The notes under the pieces: generated by a model
The model's input: the letters and a program-made list of their open reading frames with translations, nothing else
Told to the model about the DNA's origin: nothing
Databases searched by the model: none
Assembly (NCBI GenBank): GCA_963669175.1
Contig: OY769902.1
Coordinates: 2,656,001-2,720,000, forward strand
Direction of reading: 5' to 3'
Origin: a bacterium
Lineage (GTDB): Bacteria; Electryoneota; Electryoneia; Electryoneales; Electryoneaceae
DNA: 64,000 nt
Position numbers and translations under genes: made by a program
Part shown: in pieces, positions 38,921 through 51,807 of the stretch
Numbering within the stretch: the stretch's first letter is position 1
Layout of the letters: every line of letters begins with the position of its first letter

Positions 38921-39730
38921 CTAAAACGATACCACACTGCCAAAACTGATTGCCGGATAAATCTTTTCATTCATGAGCACCAGCATGAGTTCTGGATGAA
39001 TGTTTCCCCATCGGTAGCCGAAACTCAACGAGGGAATAATCGTGAATCTCTGGTCCGTGGCTTTCACTTCTATGCCATTGATTATTCGTGGAGTCGCTGA
39101 TTGCGCCGTGACGTTGTAGTCAAGGAAATACACGGATGGTGTAAATGTAAACCACTGGTTTTCCCTTGTTTTGGAACTGATTGGGATGACCAGCTCATAG
39201 CCAAGAATGGAGGATGTGGATTCCAGATCCGGATCATTTATCATTGAGGATCTGAAAGTTTCAGTTTGATCGCTGAAGGAATACCCTACTCCCGGCATGA
39301 CGCTCATCTGGGTGGGATTCTCCTTTTCGCTTACGCAGTATTTCAGATGGACAGACCCGCCATAACTGCGCCCGAGCACGGCCCGTCCGGCAAAACCATG
39401 CAGACGGATGTCCATCCTGTCTAACACGCCCAGGCTGAAACCGCCGCCAAAACTGGTCCCGTAAAAAGAAAACGACTTGCATTCAATACCGGTAAGAGTA
39501 TCGTCTTCAAGGCTGTAAAAGGATGTAATGTTGTTCATTGTGTAACTCAGGCCGGCATTGCCATGAAAAGCGACGTGCCATTGCCCCTCCGTCGAACCCA
39601 GTTCATGGTGAGCCATTTCGTAGGTGGCGGCGGAAGTGATACGTGGGGTCTCAAGAATACTGCTACAGGAAGTAAAAAGCGCCATTACAAGTAGCAAGAC
39701 AAGGATTCTATACAGGCATTTTATCCGCAT
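38921..39730 (-). CDS. Hypothetical lipoprotein / possible outer-membrane beta-barrel protein
   Basis: Lipobox FTSC, amphipathic beta-strand pattern, terminal Phe. Confidence 0.65.
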   Translation of the reverse strand: MRIKCLYRILVLLLVMALFTSCSSILETPRITSAATYEMAHHELGSTEGQWHVAFHGNAGLSYTMNNITSFYSLEDDTLTGIECKSFSFYGTSFGGGFSLGVLDRMDIRLHGFAGRAVLGRSYGGSVHLKYCVSEKENPTQMSVMPGVGYSFSDQTETFRSSMINDPDLESTSSILGYELVIPISSKTRENQWFTFTPSVYFLDYNVTAQSATPRIINGIEVKATDQRFTIIPSLSFGYRWGNIHPELMLVLMNEKIYPAISFGSVVSF

Positions 39731-39891
39731 CGGTGATCTCAGTGGGTAAGGTTGACGAAAGAACCTGAGTATCGTGCCAGCGCTAACAATAAACTGTTAC
39801 GGAAAGTGGGGGAAAGTCAAGTCATGCTATCGAAGCTTATCAAAATATCAGCGTAGATTAGCATCCGATAGTATCTCATTTTTGAGTTTTA

Positions 39892-40497
39892 TTATGACTT
39901 TCCCATATTCTCGATGACTTTACGAAGTCCCACAAAGTCGGTCTTGCATGGTTTCAGCGAAAGCAGGCTACTTAGAGTAATGGTTTTCTGGTCAGGAATT
40001 TTATCGTTGAGCACACTTGTCGGAAGAATATAAAAATCCCACTGGTCAAGGTCCAACGGATTGATTTTGTCTTGATCCCTGGTTTTCAAGACACAGAAGA
40101 TATACACGTCTGCATATCGTTTCAGTTCACCCGGATATTCGTTGGTTTCTGCGATCCATCCCCATGTCCTTGGAATACCGAATTTAATAATCGAATAGTC
40201 TTTCTGTGACCAGGATTGGATGTAAGACGCTGATTTGACTTCGATTTTGATCCCCGATTCTGTTCTCAGGTCATAAGCGTCCCATTCCTGCCTTGTCCCG
40301 CCGGTTTGTCCAATTGCCATTGCAACGATGTATTCAGCCAAGACACCACGTAAGGCATTACCAACCAGGTCCGATGATGACCATTGCCAGAAAGACACCA
40401 GGTTCTGGTCCAAGGAATTTCCATCAACCACAAAGGATTCAGAACCAGATTTCTGGGTGATATTCAATGCCCCCAGATGGTTTTTGAGATTGGTCAT
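39892..40497 (-). CDS. Hypothetical protein, PD-(D/E)XK nuclease-like
   Basis: LAEYIV...YDL...IEVKS motif; AT-rich. Confidence 0.65.
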   Translation of the reverse strand: MTNLKNHLGALNITQKSGSESFVVDGNSLDQNLVSFWQWSSSDLVGNALRGVLAEYIVAMAIGQTGGTRQEWDAYDLRTESGIKIEVKSASYIQSWSQKDYSIIKFGIPRTWGWIAETNEYPGELKRYADVYIFCVLKTRDQDKINPLDLDQWDFYILPTSVLNDKIPDQKTITLSSLLSLKPCKTDFVGLRKVIENMGKS

Positions 40498-40695
40498 CTG
40501 TATTTCCTATGTATATAACTCAGACTTTTTGAGGATTGCGTCCCGAAGTACAGGGAAAATAGTGTCTCGCCGTTTGTTTGAAAGTTCGGATTTTTCCAGA
40601 TTGGAATCAACATGTTTGAATACAAAATTCCTTTTTTATAGAAGGATGTCTCAAGAATTAATAACTTAAAGCCAGGTAAACTAATAAAAGGGCGC

Positions 40696-40855
40696 GTGGC
40701 CCGACTGCTTGCTGTCGGGTTTCTGAGCCTTCCCTGAGTCCCGACAGCAAGCAGTCGGGCCATACGCATAAAAGACAAAGAATTAAACTAAAAGACAAAG
40801 GACTAACTCTTTGATCTAATTATAATAGACCACCGCCAGCAAGCTGGCGGGGCCA
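40696..40855. repeat. Cluster of GTGG-type REP-like palindromes
   Basis: GTGGCCCGACTGCTTGCTGTCGGG, an inverted copy at 40740 and a variant CGCCAGCAAGCTGGCG at 40834. Confidence 0.8.
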
Positions 40856-41157
40856 AAGGGCATTGCAATAGACTCCTGACAGTGAGCAGTTGGACAAAAG
40901 CTGTTTTAGCGTTCGGGAGTAGAGAATGGGGGCTTTTGATCCGAAAACAGAACCGCAATCATATGTCTCCTGCCCGAAAGTATCTACTGAATGAAAAGTC
41001 TTGATTTACCCGGCATACTGGCATTACTACCGTATCTTCAGTAACTTCCGTTGGTGCAGTACGCTTCCAACTTCGCAGTTCAGGTTTTTCTTCCCGCATG
41101 CTTTCACCGCTCCGGCTCCCTTCGTATATTATTTGGTTAAAGCAAACCGGCGGAGAC

Positions 41158-41925
41158 ATGGGCAGGATCATAGCAATCGCAAACCAGAAGGGTGGTGTAG
41201 GCAAGACTACCACCGCGATCAACCTCGCTGCGGGGCTGGCAGTAGCGGAGAAACGTACGCTGCTCGTGGATTTCGATCCCCAGGCCAATGCAACCAGCGG
41301 GATGGGATTCGCTACGGATGGCAAGCTGTCTACGATTTACGATGTTTTGACCGGTGACGTGAAGCCGGAAGACGCGATACTGGAAACCTCAATCCCGTCG
41401 TTGTACCTGCTCCCGGCGCATATCAAGCTGGTTGGCGCTGAAATTGAGCTGGTGAACCTGGAGAATCGGGAGCGTCTGCTCCGTATGCGCGCCCGTCAAT
41501 ATCTGAAAGACAATTTCGACTTTGTGCTGATTGACAATATGCCCAGCCTGGGACTACTTACAGTGAATTCTCTGGTCTGCGCCGATTCCGTCATTATCCC
41601 GGTCCAGACCGAGTATTATGCGTTGGAAGGGTTGAGCCAGTTATTGCAGACGATCAAGCTGGTGCAGCAGCACCTGAACCCGCAGCTCAAGATCGAAGGT
41701 GCGGTGATGACCATGTTCGACAGCCGGTTGAACCTGGCGCGTCAGGTGGTGGAAGAGGTCTACAAGCATTTTAAGGGTAAAGTTTTTCATACACCGATAT
41801 TCCGCAATGTCCGTTTGAGTGAAGCGCCCAGTTATGGCTTGCCGATCATGATGTATGATCTGTCCAGTCGTGGCGCTGAGAACTACATGGCGTTGACCGA
41901 GGAGGTGATCAAGCATGGCGCGTAA
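41158..41925 (+). CDS. parA: ParA/Soj ATPase
   Basis: NQKGGVGKTTT, DPQANAT, EYYALEG, RLSEAPSYG. Confidence 0.96.
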   Translation: MGRIIAIANQKGGVGKTTTAINLAAGLAVAEKRTLLVDFDPQANATSGMGFATDGKLSTIYDVLTGDVKPEDAILETSIPSLYLLPAHIKLVGAEIELVNLENRERLLRMRARQYLKDNFDFVLIDNMPSLGLLTVNSLVCADSVIIPVQTEYYALEGLSQLLQTIKLVQQHLNPQLKIEGAVMTMFDSRLNLARQVVEEVYKHFKGKVFHTPIFRNVRLSEAPSYGLPIMMYDLSSRGAENYMALTEEVIKHGA

Positions 41926-42802
41926 GGGGGGGCTGGGCAAAGGGTTGTCCGCATTGATTCCGAACGCGGATGAAAGTGATCTGAGCATCAATTCATCGCT
42001 GGAAATCGAACTGGCCTTGATCGAGCCGAGGCGTGATCAGCCGCGAATCCGGTTTGATCCGGAAGCGCAGGCGGACCTGGTGCAATCCATCCGTACACAG
42101 GGCGTATTGCAGCCGCTGCTGGTCACACCACGTGGCGACAAATACATCCTCGTTGCCGGGGAACGGCGCTATCGTGCGTCACGAGCGGCCGGATTGTACA
42201 CCGTGCCCTGCCGTGTGCTGGATGAGTTGGATGATCAGCAGCTCCTGGAAATCAGCCTTGTCGAAAATGTTCAGCGTGAAGACCTGAACCCTATCGAACT
42301 GGCAATGGGCTATCGTCGGATGATCGAAGACCTGGGCATGACGCAGCAGCAGGTGGCGGATCGTGTGGGGAAGGATCGTGTCACAATCGCCAACATGCTG
42401 CGCCTGCTGAAACTGCCGGAACCGATCCTGAACATGGTGCTGGACGGTGAACTGACCGGCGGGCATGCACGTGCGCTATTGATGCTGAAAAGCGATGCGG
42501 ACCGGGTGGCATGGGCGAAGAAAAGCGTTGAACAATCACTTTCCGTGCGCGATGTGGAGCATGCCGCGCAGGTTGCCGAGAAGAAAGTCAAACCCGCTCC
42601 GAACCCGAAAAAGACTCCGCAACAGGCCTCGCAGGATGTCCATGCCAGTGATGTCGCACGTCAGCTCGAAGAGAAGTTGGGCATGTCTGTCGATGTGAAG
42701 CACAAGGGACCGGGCGGGAAAGTGATTCTGCATTACAATGACCTGGACGATCTGGATGAACTGATAGCCAATCTTACCATGGGGAGTCCTCCTGTCGAGT
42801 AA
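41915..42802 (+). CDS. parB: ParB/Spo0J partition protein
   Basis: GLGKGLSALI, GERRYRA, ENVQREDLNPIE, HTH. Confidence 0.96.
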   Translation: MARKGGLGKGLSALIPNADESDLSINSSLEIELALIEPRRDQPRIRFDPEAQADLVQSIRTQGVLQPLLVTPRGDKYILVAGERRYRASRAAGLYTVPCRVLDELDDQQLLEISLVENVQREDLNPIELAMGYRRMIEDLGMTQQQVADRVGKDRVTIANMLRLLKLPEPILNMVLDGELTGGHARALLMLKSDADRVAWAKKSVEQSLSVRDVEHAAQVAEKKVKPAPNPKKTPQQASQDVHASDVARQLEEKLGMSVDVKHKGPGGKVILHYNDLDDLDELIANLTMGSPPVE

Positions 42803-42805
42803 GCT

Positions 42806-45355
42806 ATGAATGTACGCCGGACGGCCGAACAGGGATTTCACGCGGCGCTTCGCCGGACGGCGGATGCGGACGCGGCCGTACGCGCTATCATGAGACCCTA
42901 CCAATCTCATTGTGAAGGACTGATCATACTCGCGACCGGCGGGTATGGTCGCGGTGACAATTCTCTCCGAAGCGACCTCGACCTCATCTTTCTAACCGAC
43001 GATGATTCTGACCGTTACGCTGAATCCTTGCGGAAACTGGTGCAGTCCTTATGGGATCATGGCTGGACGCCGGGGCAGACGCTTTTCTCCCTGAACGAAC
43101 TGGATAAAGAGCTGCTGACTGTCCCGGATCGGGCGTCCGCGTTGCTGGAATCACGCAAGGTATGGGGTGATCCCAAGGTCGCGGATAAAATGGACCTGAA
43201 GCTGAACTCGACCATGAGCCGGAAGGTCTGGACCCGTTTTGTCGAAGAAAAACACATCGAGTATGTCTTCCGACGCAGGAAGTTCGGCGAATCCGTGCGG
43301 GTGATCGAGCCGGACTTGAAAGCACAGGCAGGCGGCCTGCGAGATCTGCACCATGTCTTCTGGATCGAACGGGCTCGCATGGCTCGTGAGAATGGCTGGC
43401 GGGTGCAACGCAGGCGATACGCATCAATCCCACCATTTCTGAACCGTCTGGCCAACGAGAAGCACCTGACACAACCTGAAGCGGAAGACCTGACCAATGC
43501 TTATGGTGTACTGCTGTATGTTCGTGAGAACCTGCGTGAAGTAGCGATTCGATCCGACAACCAGTTAACCGTGGAACTTCAGCCAAAGGTCGGGCTCAGG
43601 CTTGGCATCAGCGGTGACGACCAGCAGGTGATGCGAACCCTGATGCGCCAGGTTTACTGGGCAATGGAGAAGCTGGCGCGGTTTTCCGAAGAGTTCGGAA
43701 CTGTACTGAGCGATGTAACCGGGCATGGGATTCCGCAACGCAAACCCCTGATTGAGATCCAAAGCGCTTCAGAAGTATCCGGTCTGATTTACATGGAGGA
43801 AGACGGGCCGGAAAAGGCTGCGTCGTCACCGGAGAACCTGTTGGGGCTTGTCGATGCCTGCATGGAGATGGAAGCTTCCCTGTCCGGAAGCGTACGTCAC
43901 AGGCTGCGTCGTGAAGTGAATCGTAATTATTCACATGAACACAATCCGAAAAAGTGGGCTGGAGCGTTGGCCGACTGGTTCAAACTGTCTGATGGTGTCG
44001 GAAGACGCCTGCGCAGGTTGTCCGAACTTGATGCGATTGAGCCCTGGCTGCAGGAATGGCGTGAAGTAAACGGTCTTTCAACGGGCAGCTTTTATCATAC
44101 CTATACGGTGGATGAACACACCCTGCGTGCTTTGGAAGAGCTGGACCGTCTGCCGAACAAAAGCCTGGAAGGGCTGGCCGGGACACTCTGGCAGGGATTC
44201 GCAAAGAAGGAATGGGTTTACCTGGCGATATTGCTGCATGATATCGCCAAGGGGCGTCCCGGGGATCATGGCTTGCTTGGCGCTGAAGTGGCAGAAGAGG
44301 CCATGCAGCGCTTGGGGTGGGATCACCTTGCTGAACCTGTCGCCCACCTCGTTCGTATCCACTTGAAAATGGAACAGACCGCGTTTCGTCGAGATCCGAC
44401 TGATTCGACCGTATTACAGGATTTTGCCGAGCTGGTCGGTGATGAGAACATGCTGGTTGCGCTTTATCTCCTGACAGTATGCGATCTTCGTGCGGTTCGA
44501 AACGGAGTCTGGACAGCCTGGAAGGGACGTTTGCTGGCAGAGCTTTACCTCGCCACACGTCAGTGGATGTTGATCGGGCGGGAACGTGTCATCTCGGTAA
44601 AAGACGAAGCGCAAATCCTGGTTCCGGATTCGCAGGAGAATGAAGCGGCGCGTCGTCATGCGGAAGAGTTTCTCGAAGACATGCGTAGCGAGTACCGCCA
44701 GGTTGTCCCGGCAGATGAAATTGCGAACCATCTTGAAGCGCGCGATGAAATACGTTCGGGACGAGAGAAATTCCGTTGGCTGATCGATCCGGAGAAGGAT
44801 TTTATCGTTCTGGCGCTGGTTACCAAAGACCGATTGAGGTTGGTTGCGGATGTGGCAGGCCTGCTGGTCTCACAGGGGATCGGCATTCGTGAGGCGCGCC
44901 TGTTCACCGGGAAAGACGGGATCGTTATTGACCGTTTCCGCGCAGAGGATATTGAACCGGATGGCATTCCGCTCGAAGAACGCTTGCGTCGTATCCCGGA
45001 GTATTGGGGTAAAATGGAACGCAAGGAAACCTCCATCAAACGCCTGATGGAGAGCTATACCCGGCGCAGCAGAAGAAGACGTCCCCCGGCGGCTGTGGTG
45101 GAAAGCGAGATCAACCTGGCATCAGCTCAAAAGGGCTGGTTTATTGATGTGTCGGCCTCCAACAGTATCGGCCTCCTGTATCGTCTATGTACGGCTATCA
45201 GCGAGTTCGGACTGGATATTCACGCTGCTCGTGTTACCACCCGTCTGGATGGTATTCATGATGCGTTCCTGGTTCGTGATCCTGCGAAAAAGCTGGAGGC
45301 GGAAGAAGGGCGCGACTTGTTGATGCGTAACCTGAAAAAGGCAGTTCATGAATAG
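42806..45355 (+). CDS. glnD: PII uridylyltransferase / uridylyl-removing enzyme
   Basis: GGYGRG...SDLDL, EPDLK...GGLRD, YTVDEH, LLHDIAKG HD domain, two ACT-like domains. Confidence 0.9.
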   Translation: MNVRRTAEQGFHAALRRTADADAAVRAIMRPYQSHCEGLIILATGGYGRGDNSLRSDLDLIFLTDDDSDRYAESLRKLVQSLWDHGWTPGQTLFSLNELDKELLTVPDRASALLESRKVWGDPKVADKMDLKLNSTMSRKVWTRFVEEKHIEYVFRRRKFGESVRVIEPDLKAQAGGLRDLHHVFWIERARMARENGWRVQRRRYASIPPFLNRLANEKHLTQPEAEDLTNAYGVLLYVRENLREVAIRSDNQLTVELQPKVGLRLGISGDDQQVMRTLMRQVYWAMEKLARFSEEFGTVLSDVTGHGIPQRKPLIEIQSASEVSGLIYMEEDGPEKAASSPENLLGLVDACMEMEASLSGSVRHRLRREVNRNYSHEHNPKKWAGALADWFKLSDGVGRRLRRLSELDAIEPWLQEWREVNGLSTGSFYHTYTVDEHTLRALEELDRLPNKSLEGLAGTLWQGFAKKEWVYLAILLHDIAKGRPGDHGLLGAEVAEEAMQRLGWDHLAEPVAHLVRIHLKMEQTAFRRDPTDSTVLQDFAELVGDENMLVALYLLTVCDLRAVRNGVWTAWKGRLLAELYLATRQWMLIGRERVISVKDEAQILVPDSQENEAARRHAEEFLEDMRSEYRQVVPADEIANHLEARDEIRSGREKFRWLIDPEKDFIVLALVTKDRLRLVADVAGLLVSQGIGIREARLFTGKDGIVIDRFRAEDIEPDGIPLEERLRRIPEYWGKMERKETSIKRLMESYTRRSRRRRPPAAVVESEINLASAQKGWFIDVSASNSIGLLYRLCTAISEFGLDIHAARVTTRLDGIHDAFLVRDPAKKLEAEEGRDLLMRNLKKAVHE

Positions 45356-45965
45356 GGCGGCGTACATATCGGTTCGCCGTTTGGCCCTGTTGTTGCTGCT
45401 CACGGCTTTCCTGGCCGGGTGCGCAGGACTGAAACCTGATCCGGCTTACAATCGTACTCGCCCCAATGGAAAAAAATCGACTCCTTCCCAGGACAGAAGC
45501 GGTTCAGCAAGCGACAGAAAAACCACACCGGCGACACCCGGAGGGAGCGGGCATCAGGGATCGTCTGCAACTGCCAACAAAACATCAGGGCCATACGCGC
45601 AGGACAAACTGACCCGCGAAATTGATACCTGGTGGGGCTCACCTTATCGCTGGGGCGGCAACACTCGTGGTGGAGTGGATTGCAGCGGGTATACGGTCGC
45701 GTTGATGAAGAATGTGTACGGGGTCACCATCCCACGCACCTCCTCGCTTCAGTACAAGTCCGGCGTAGCTGTTTCCAAGGGGAACCTGCGGCGGGGCGAC
45801 CTTGTCTTTTTTAATACGAACGGACGTGGTGTATCGCATGTCGGGGTGTACCTGGGCGCTGGGAAGTTTACCCATGTGTCCAACTCGGACGGCGTCACTA
45901 TTGATGATCTGGACAGTCCTTATTACAAGAAACGGTATGTCGGGGCGAGGAGGGTATTAAAGTAA
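45348..45965 (+). CDS. NlpC/P60 peptidoglycan endopeptidase lipoprotein
   Basis: Lipobox LAGC, PYRWGG, DCSG, GDLVFF, HVGVY. Confidence 0.93.
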   Translation: MNRAAYISVRRLALLLLLTAFLAGCAGLKPDPAYNRTRPNGKKSTPSQDRSGSASDRKTTPATPGGSGHQGSSATANKTSGPYAQDKLTREIDTWWGSPYRWGGNTRGGVDCSGYTVALMKNVYGVTIPRTSSLQYKSGVAVSKGNLRRGDLVFFNTNGRGVSHVGVYLGAGKFTHVSNSDGVTIDDLDSPYYKKRYVGARRVLK

Positions 45966-46119
45966 AGAAGGTAAAGAAGGTAAAAAAGGTAAAAAAAAGT
46001 AAAGAAAGTAAAGAAGGTAATGAAAGTAGCCTGGCCATGCCTGGCCGGGAGTTATAAAGTTGTAAAGTTGTAAAGTTGTAAAGTTGTAAAGTTGTAAAGT
46101 TGTAAAGTTGTAAAGTTGT
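45960..46119 (+). repeat. Composite: 9-mer ARGTAAAGA run, GTAG REP (46026-46050), then 8 copies of AAAGTTGT (46056-46119)
   Basis: Read directly. Confidence 0.9.
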
Positions 46120-46301
46120 TTTGAGCTAAACTATAAAGATAAGTGTTTATCTGTTTGATATACTAAGATTAACAAGAAAAATTTTGTATTTTTGAATTAT
46201 CATTAAAGAAAGGTTTTTATCCTGTCTTATCCTTCATATCCTTTCCATCCTGTAGAATCTTGCTGTCATCCTTGAAATCCTTGTATCCTTGCATCCTGTG
46301 A

Positions 46302-48500
<2,199 letters not shown>

Positions 48501-48530
48501 AGACACCAGGTACTTTCCTTTATATGGCTG

Positions 48531-48699
48531 GTGTCAGGTCACACGCCGCTTCGCGTCGCAAGACCTGACACAACGTGTCGGCAAGACCTGACACAACTTG
48601 CAGGTAGATCTGACACAACATGACGGCAAGAGCTGATATTGCTGGATTTAAATGTTCCGTCAGATCTTGCGCACACGTTTTTCGTGCGTGTGACCTGAC
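48531..48699. repeat. Nested palindromic element of AGACCTGAC motifs
   Basis: GTCAGGTCACACGC versus GCGTGTGACCTGAC; internal GCAAGACCTGACACAAC direct repeats. Confidence 0.7.
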
Positions 48700-48791
48700 G
48701 GCTGCGATGCAAGTGGGAGTATCAGCACAGCGATTGCGAGTTTCAGCAAAAAGTTCTACTACAACCATAAACGAAGTGAAGAGGTAGAGTT

Positions 48792-49358
48792 ATGGCCAAT
48801 ACGGCCGATTTCCGCAACGGCATGGTCATCCGTTTCAGTGGTGATCCGTTTATTATCGTAGAGTTTCAGCATGTGAAGCCCGGTAAGGGCGGCGCGTTTG
48901 TACGCACCAAGCTGAAGAACATCGTAACCGGTCGCGTTATTGACAATACCTTCCGCGCTGGTGAAAAGGTGGAAGAAGTGCGTGTAGTCGCACGTCAAAT
49001 GCAGTACCTGTACCAGGAAGGCGACAATTATGTCTTCATGGAAGGGGAAACCTACGAACAGTTTTACCTGGACCGCGAGATGCTGGGTGATGATGTCATC
49101 AAGTATCTGAAAGATGGTGAAGAGTACAAGGTTCTTTTCGAAGGCGATACTCCGCTGATCGTAGAAGTGCCATTCTTCATGGTCCTGGAAGTAACTGAGA
49201 CCGAGCCGGGCGTAAAGGGAGATACCGTCTCCAACACCACCAAGCCGGCCACCCTGGAAACAGGAGCGGTTGTGCAGGTGCCGTTGTTTGTGGATGTGGG
49301 TGAGTTCATCAAGGTTGATACCCGCACTGATGAGTATCTCGAACGGGTGAAGAAGTAA
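48792..49358 (+). CDS. efp: Elongation factor P
   Basis: [24 protein letters not shown]. Confidence 0.98.
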   Translation: MANTADFRNGMVIRFSGDPFIIVEFQHVKPGKGGAFVRTKLKNIVTGRVIDNTFRAGEKVEEVRVVARQMQYLYQEGDNYVFMEGETYEQFYLDREMLGDDVIKYLKDGEEYKVLFEGDTPLIVEVPFFMVLEVTETEPGVKGDTVSNTTKPATLETGAVVQVPLFVDVGEFIKVDTRTDEYLERVKK

Positions 49359-49395
49359 ACCCGTATTTAACACAGCACATCACAGGGAGTACTTC

Positions 49396-49872
49396 ATGGA
49401 TTGGTCAGAAGTACGGAAACTGGTAAAGCTGGTGGAAGCCAGCGAGATCCAGGAACTGGAGCTTGAGAAGGAAGGGACCAGGCTCCGTATCCTGAAGCCG
49501 CAGCCGAAAATTGTTGAAATTCAGCAGGTAGCTGCTCCGGCCACGGTCACCATTCCTGCCCAGCCCGCAGCGCCCGTACAGGCTGCACTGGCAGCGGAAA
49601 CGGTAGTGGAGAAGAAGGAAACAGCTCAATATCACGAAGTAAAATCGCCGATGGTCGGGACATTTTACCGTGCCCCGTCCCCCGATGCCGATCCTTATGT
49701 ACAGGTTGGTGACAAGGTGAAACAGGGGCAAACCCTGTGCATCGTGGAAGCGATGAAGCTGATGAACGAGATCGAGGCGGATGCGACCGGTACCGTTGTT
49801 GACATTCTCTGCGAGAATGAGGAACCGGTAGAGTTCGGCCAGGTAATGTTCCTAATCGACCCAAAGGCATAA
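49396..49872 (+). CDS. accB: Biotin carboxyl carrier protein
   Basis: [17 protein letters not shown]. Confidence 0.97.
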   Translation: MDWSEVRKLVKLVEASEIQELELEKEGTRLRILKPQPKIVEIQQVAAPATVTIPAQPAAPVQAALAAETVVEKKETAQYHEVKSPMVGTFYRAPSPDADPYVQVGDKVKQGQTLCIVEAMKLMNEIEADATGTVVDILCENEEPVEFGQVMFLIDPKA

Positions 49873-49873
49873 C

Positions 49874-51241
49874 GTGTTTTCCAAAATCCTGATAGCCAAT
49901 CGTGGGGAAATCGCGCTTCGTGTCATCCGGGCCTGCCAGGAGATGGGCATTAAATCCGTAGCTGTTTACAGTGAAGCGGATGCCGATGCCCTGCATGTCA
50001 AGTTCGCGGACCAGGCGGTCTGTATCGGACGTGCGCCTTCCAACCAGAGTTACCTGGATTACCGGAGAATCATATCCGCCGCCGAGATTACCGGTGCGGA
50101 TGCTATTCATCCCGGGTATGGTTTCCTGGCGGAAAACGCTGAATTCGCAGAAATCTGCGATGAAAGCAATTTTGTCTTCATTGGCCCATCTCCGGATGCG
50201 ATCAGCCGCATGGGCGATAAATCCCTGGCGCGCACGACCATGACCAATGCCGGGGTGCCGATTACGCCTGGAAGTGATGGTGCGATCACGTCGCTGGAGC
50301 ATGCACGCAAGCTGGCCGAGGAAATTGGTTACCCGGTGATCCTGAAGGCCAGCGCCGGTGGCGGCGGACGTGGGATGAGAATCGCACGCAGCGAAGACGC
50401 CCTGGAATCCAGCTACGAAATGGCCCGTGCCGAAGCGGAAGCCGCCTTCTCCAATCCCGAAGTGTACATGGAGAAGTACATCCTTCAGCCTCGCCATGTG
50501 GAAATCCAGATCATGGCGGACCAGCATGGCAACGTGGTCCATTTCGGGGAACGTGATTGCTCGATTCAGCGTCGGCACCAGAAGTTGATCGAAGAGAGTC
50601 CTTCACCGGCTGTGACGCCTGAGATCCGCAAAGCGATGGGTGATGCTGCTGCGAAAGCGGCGCTTGGTGTCAACTATGTCGGCGCCGGAACAGTAGAATT
50701 CCTGCTGGACAAGAGTGGCGAATTCTACTTCATGGAGATGAATACACGAATTCAGGTAGAGCACCCGGTCACTGAAATGGTTACCGGAACTGACCTGATC
50801 CGTGAGCAGATCCGAGTTGCGGCAGGCGAAAAGCTTTCCTACAAGCAGAAAGATATCAAAGTTCGCGGGCATGCGATTGAGTGCCGTATCAATGCGGAAA
50901 ATCCGGATAAAAACTTCCTGCCGGCTCCTGGACAGATTGAGAGCTACCATGTTCCCGGCGGGTTTGGAGTCCGAGTTGACAGCCATGCTTACCAGGGATA
51001 TCGCATACCGCCGCATTATGACTCCCTGATCGCAAAACTGGTGGTTCACGATGAGGATCGTGAAAAAGCGATCAGAAAAATGCGCTGGGCATTGCAAGAG
51101 TTTATTATTGAAGGTGTTCCGACAACGATTCCACTGCATTTGGCCTTGATGGACAGCGAGGAATTTAATTCCGGGGATGTCTCTACCATGTGGTTAGAGG
51201 GCTGGATGCCGAAGTATCTTGCAGGGAGAAGTAACAAGTAA
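49874..51241 (+). CDS. accC: Biotin carboxylase
   Basis: [28 protein letters not shown]. Confidence 0.97.
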   Translation: MFSKILIANRGEIALRVIRACQEMGIKSVAVYSEADADALHVKFADQAVCIGRAPSNQSYLDYRRIISAAEITGADAIHPGYGFLAENAEFAEICDESNFVFIGPSPDAISRMGDKSLARTTMTNAGVPITPGSDGAITSLEHARKLAEEIGYPVILKASAGGGGRGMRIARSEDALESSYEMARAEAEAAFSNPEVYMEKYILQPRHVEIQIMADQHGNVVHFGERDCSIQRRHQKLIEESPSPAVTPEIRKAMGDAAAKAALGVNYVGAGTVEFLLDKSGEFYFMEMNTRIQVEHPVTEMVTGTDLIREQIRVAAGEKLSYKQKDIKVRGHAIECRINAENPDKNFLPAPGQIESYHVPGGFGVRVDSHAYQGYRIPPHYDSLIAKLVVHDEDREKAIRKMRWALQEFIIEGVPTTIPLHLALMDSEEFNSGDVSTMWLEGWMPKYLAGRSNK

Positions 51242-51294
51242 AACTGGAGTCTCGGACAAAGGGACCATTTTTCTTTGTGTGAAGGGAGACGATC

Positions 51295-51675
51295 ATGGCC
51301 GATGTACCAAACAACCTGAAGTATACCGAAGATCATGAATGGGTGAAGCTCGATGGCGATATCGCCACGATTGGGATTACGGATTACGCACAGGGTGAAC
51401 TGGGTGACGTGGTATTCCTCGAACTGCCGGAAGTAGACGAAGAATTCGGCCAGGGCGATACCATGGGCTCAATTGAAGCGGTAAAGACTGTGGCGGACGT
51501 ATACGCGCCGATCTCCGGCAAGGTTATCGAGATCAACGAGAAGCTCGATGACGCTCCGGAAACAGTCAACCAGGATCCTTACGGTGAAGGCTGGTTTGTC
51601 AAGGTCCAGGTTTCGGACAAGACCGAACTTGACGGCCTGATGGACGCCGAAGCTTACGGGCAGCACATCGCATAA
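51295..51675 (+). CDS. gcvH: Glycine cleavage system H protein
   Basis: HEW, GITDYAQ, EAVK lipoyl-Lys, PYGEGW. Confidence 0.97.
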   Translation: MADVPNNLKYTEDHEWVKLDGDIATIGITDYAQGELGDVVFLELPEVDEEFGQGDTMGSIEAVKTVADVYAPISGKVIEINEKLDDAPETVNQDPYGEGWFVKVQVSDKTELDGLMDAEAYGQHIA

Positions 51676-51680
51676 GTTTT

Positions 51681-51705
51681 AACCCGGAGGAAACTCCTCC
51701 GGGTT
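51681..51705 (+). terminator. Hairpin after gcvH
   Basis: AACCCGGAGGA-AAC-TCCTCCGGGTT. Confidence 0.55.
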
Positions 51706-51807
51706 GAATTTGGATCATCCGCAACGGGTTTAGAGTCGGCAAGGACTCTATAACCCGTTTTGGATACCAGAACAAACCCGGTACAAACGGGTCAGGAGCA
51801 CAGACCT

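Noticed and set aside
41000-42900. parS site or replication origin near parAB
   Set aside because: No TGTTTCACGTGAAACA-like site, DnaA-box cluster or dnaA/gidA gene was seen.
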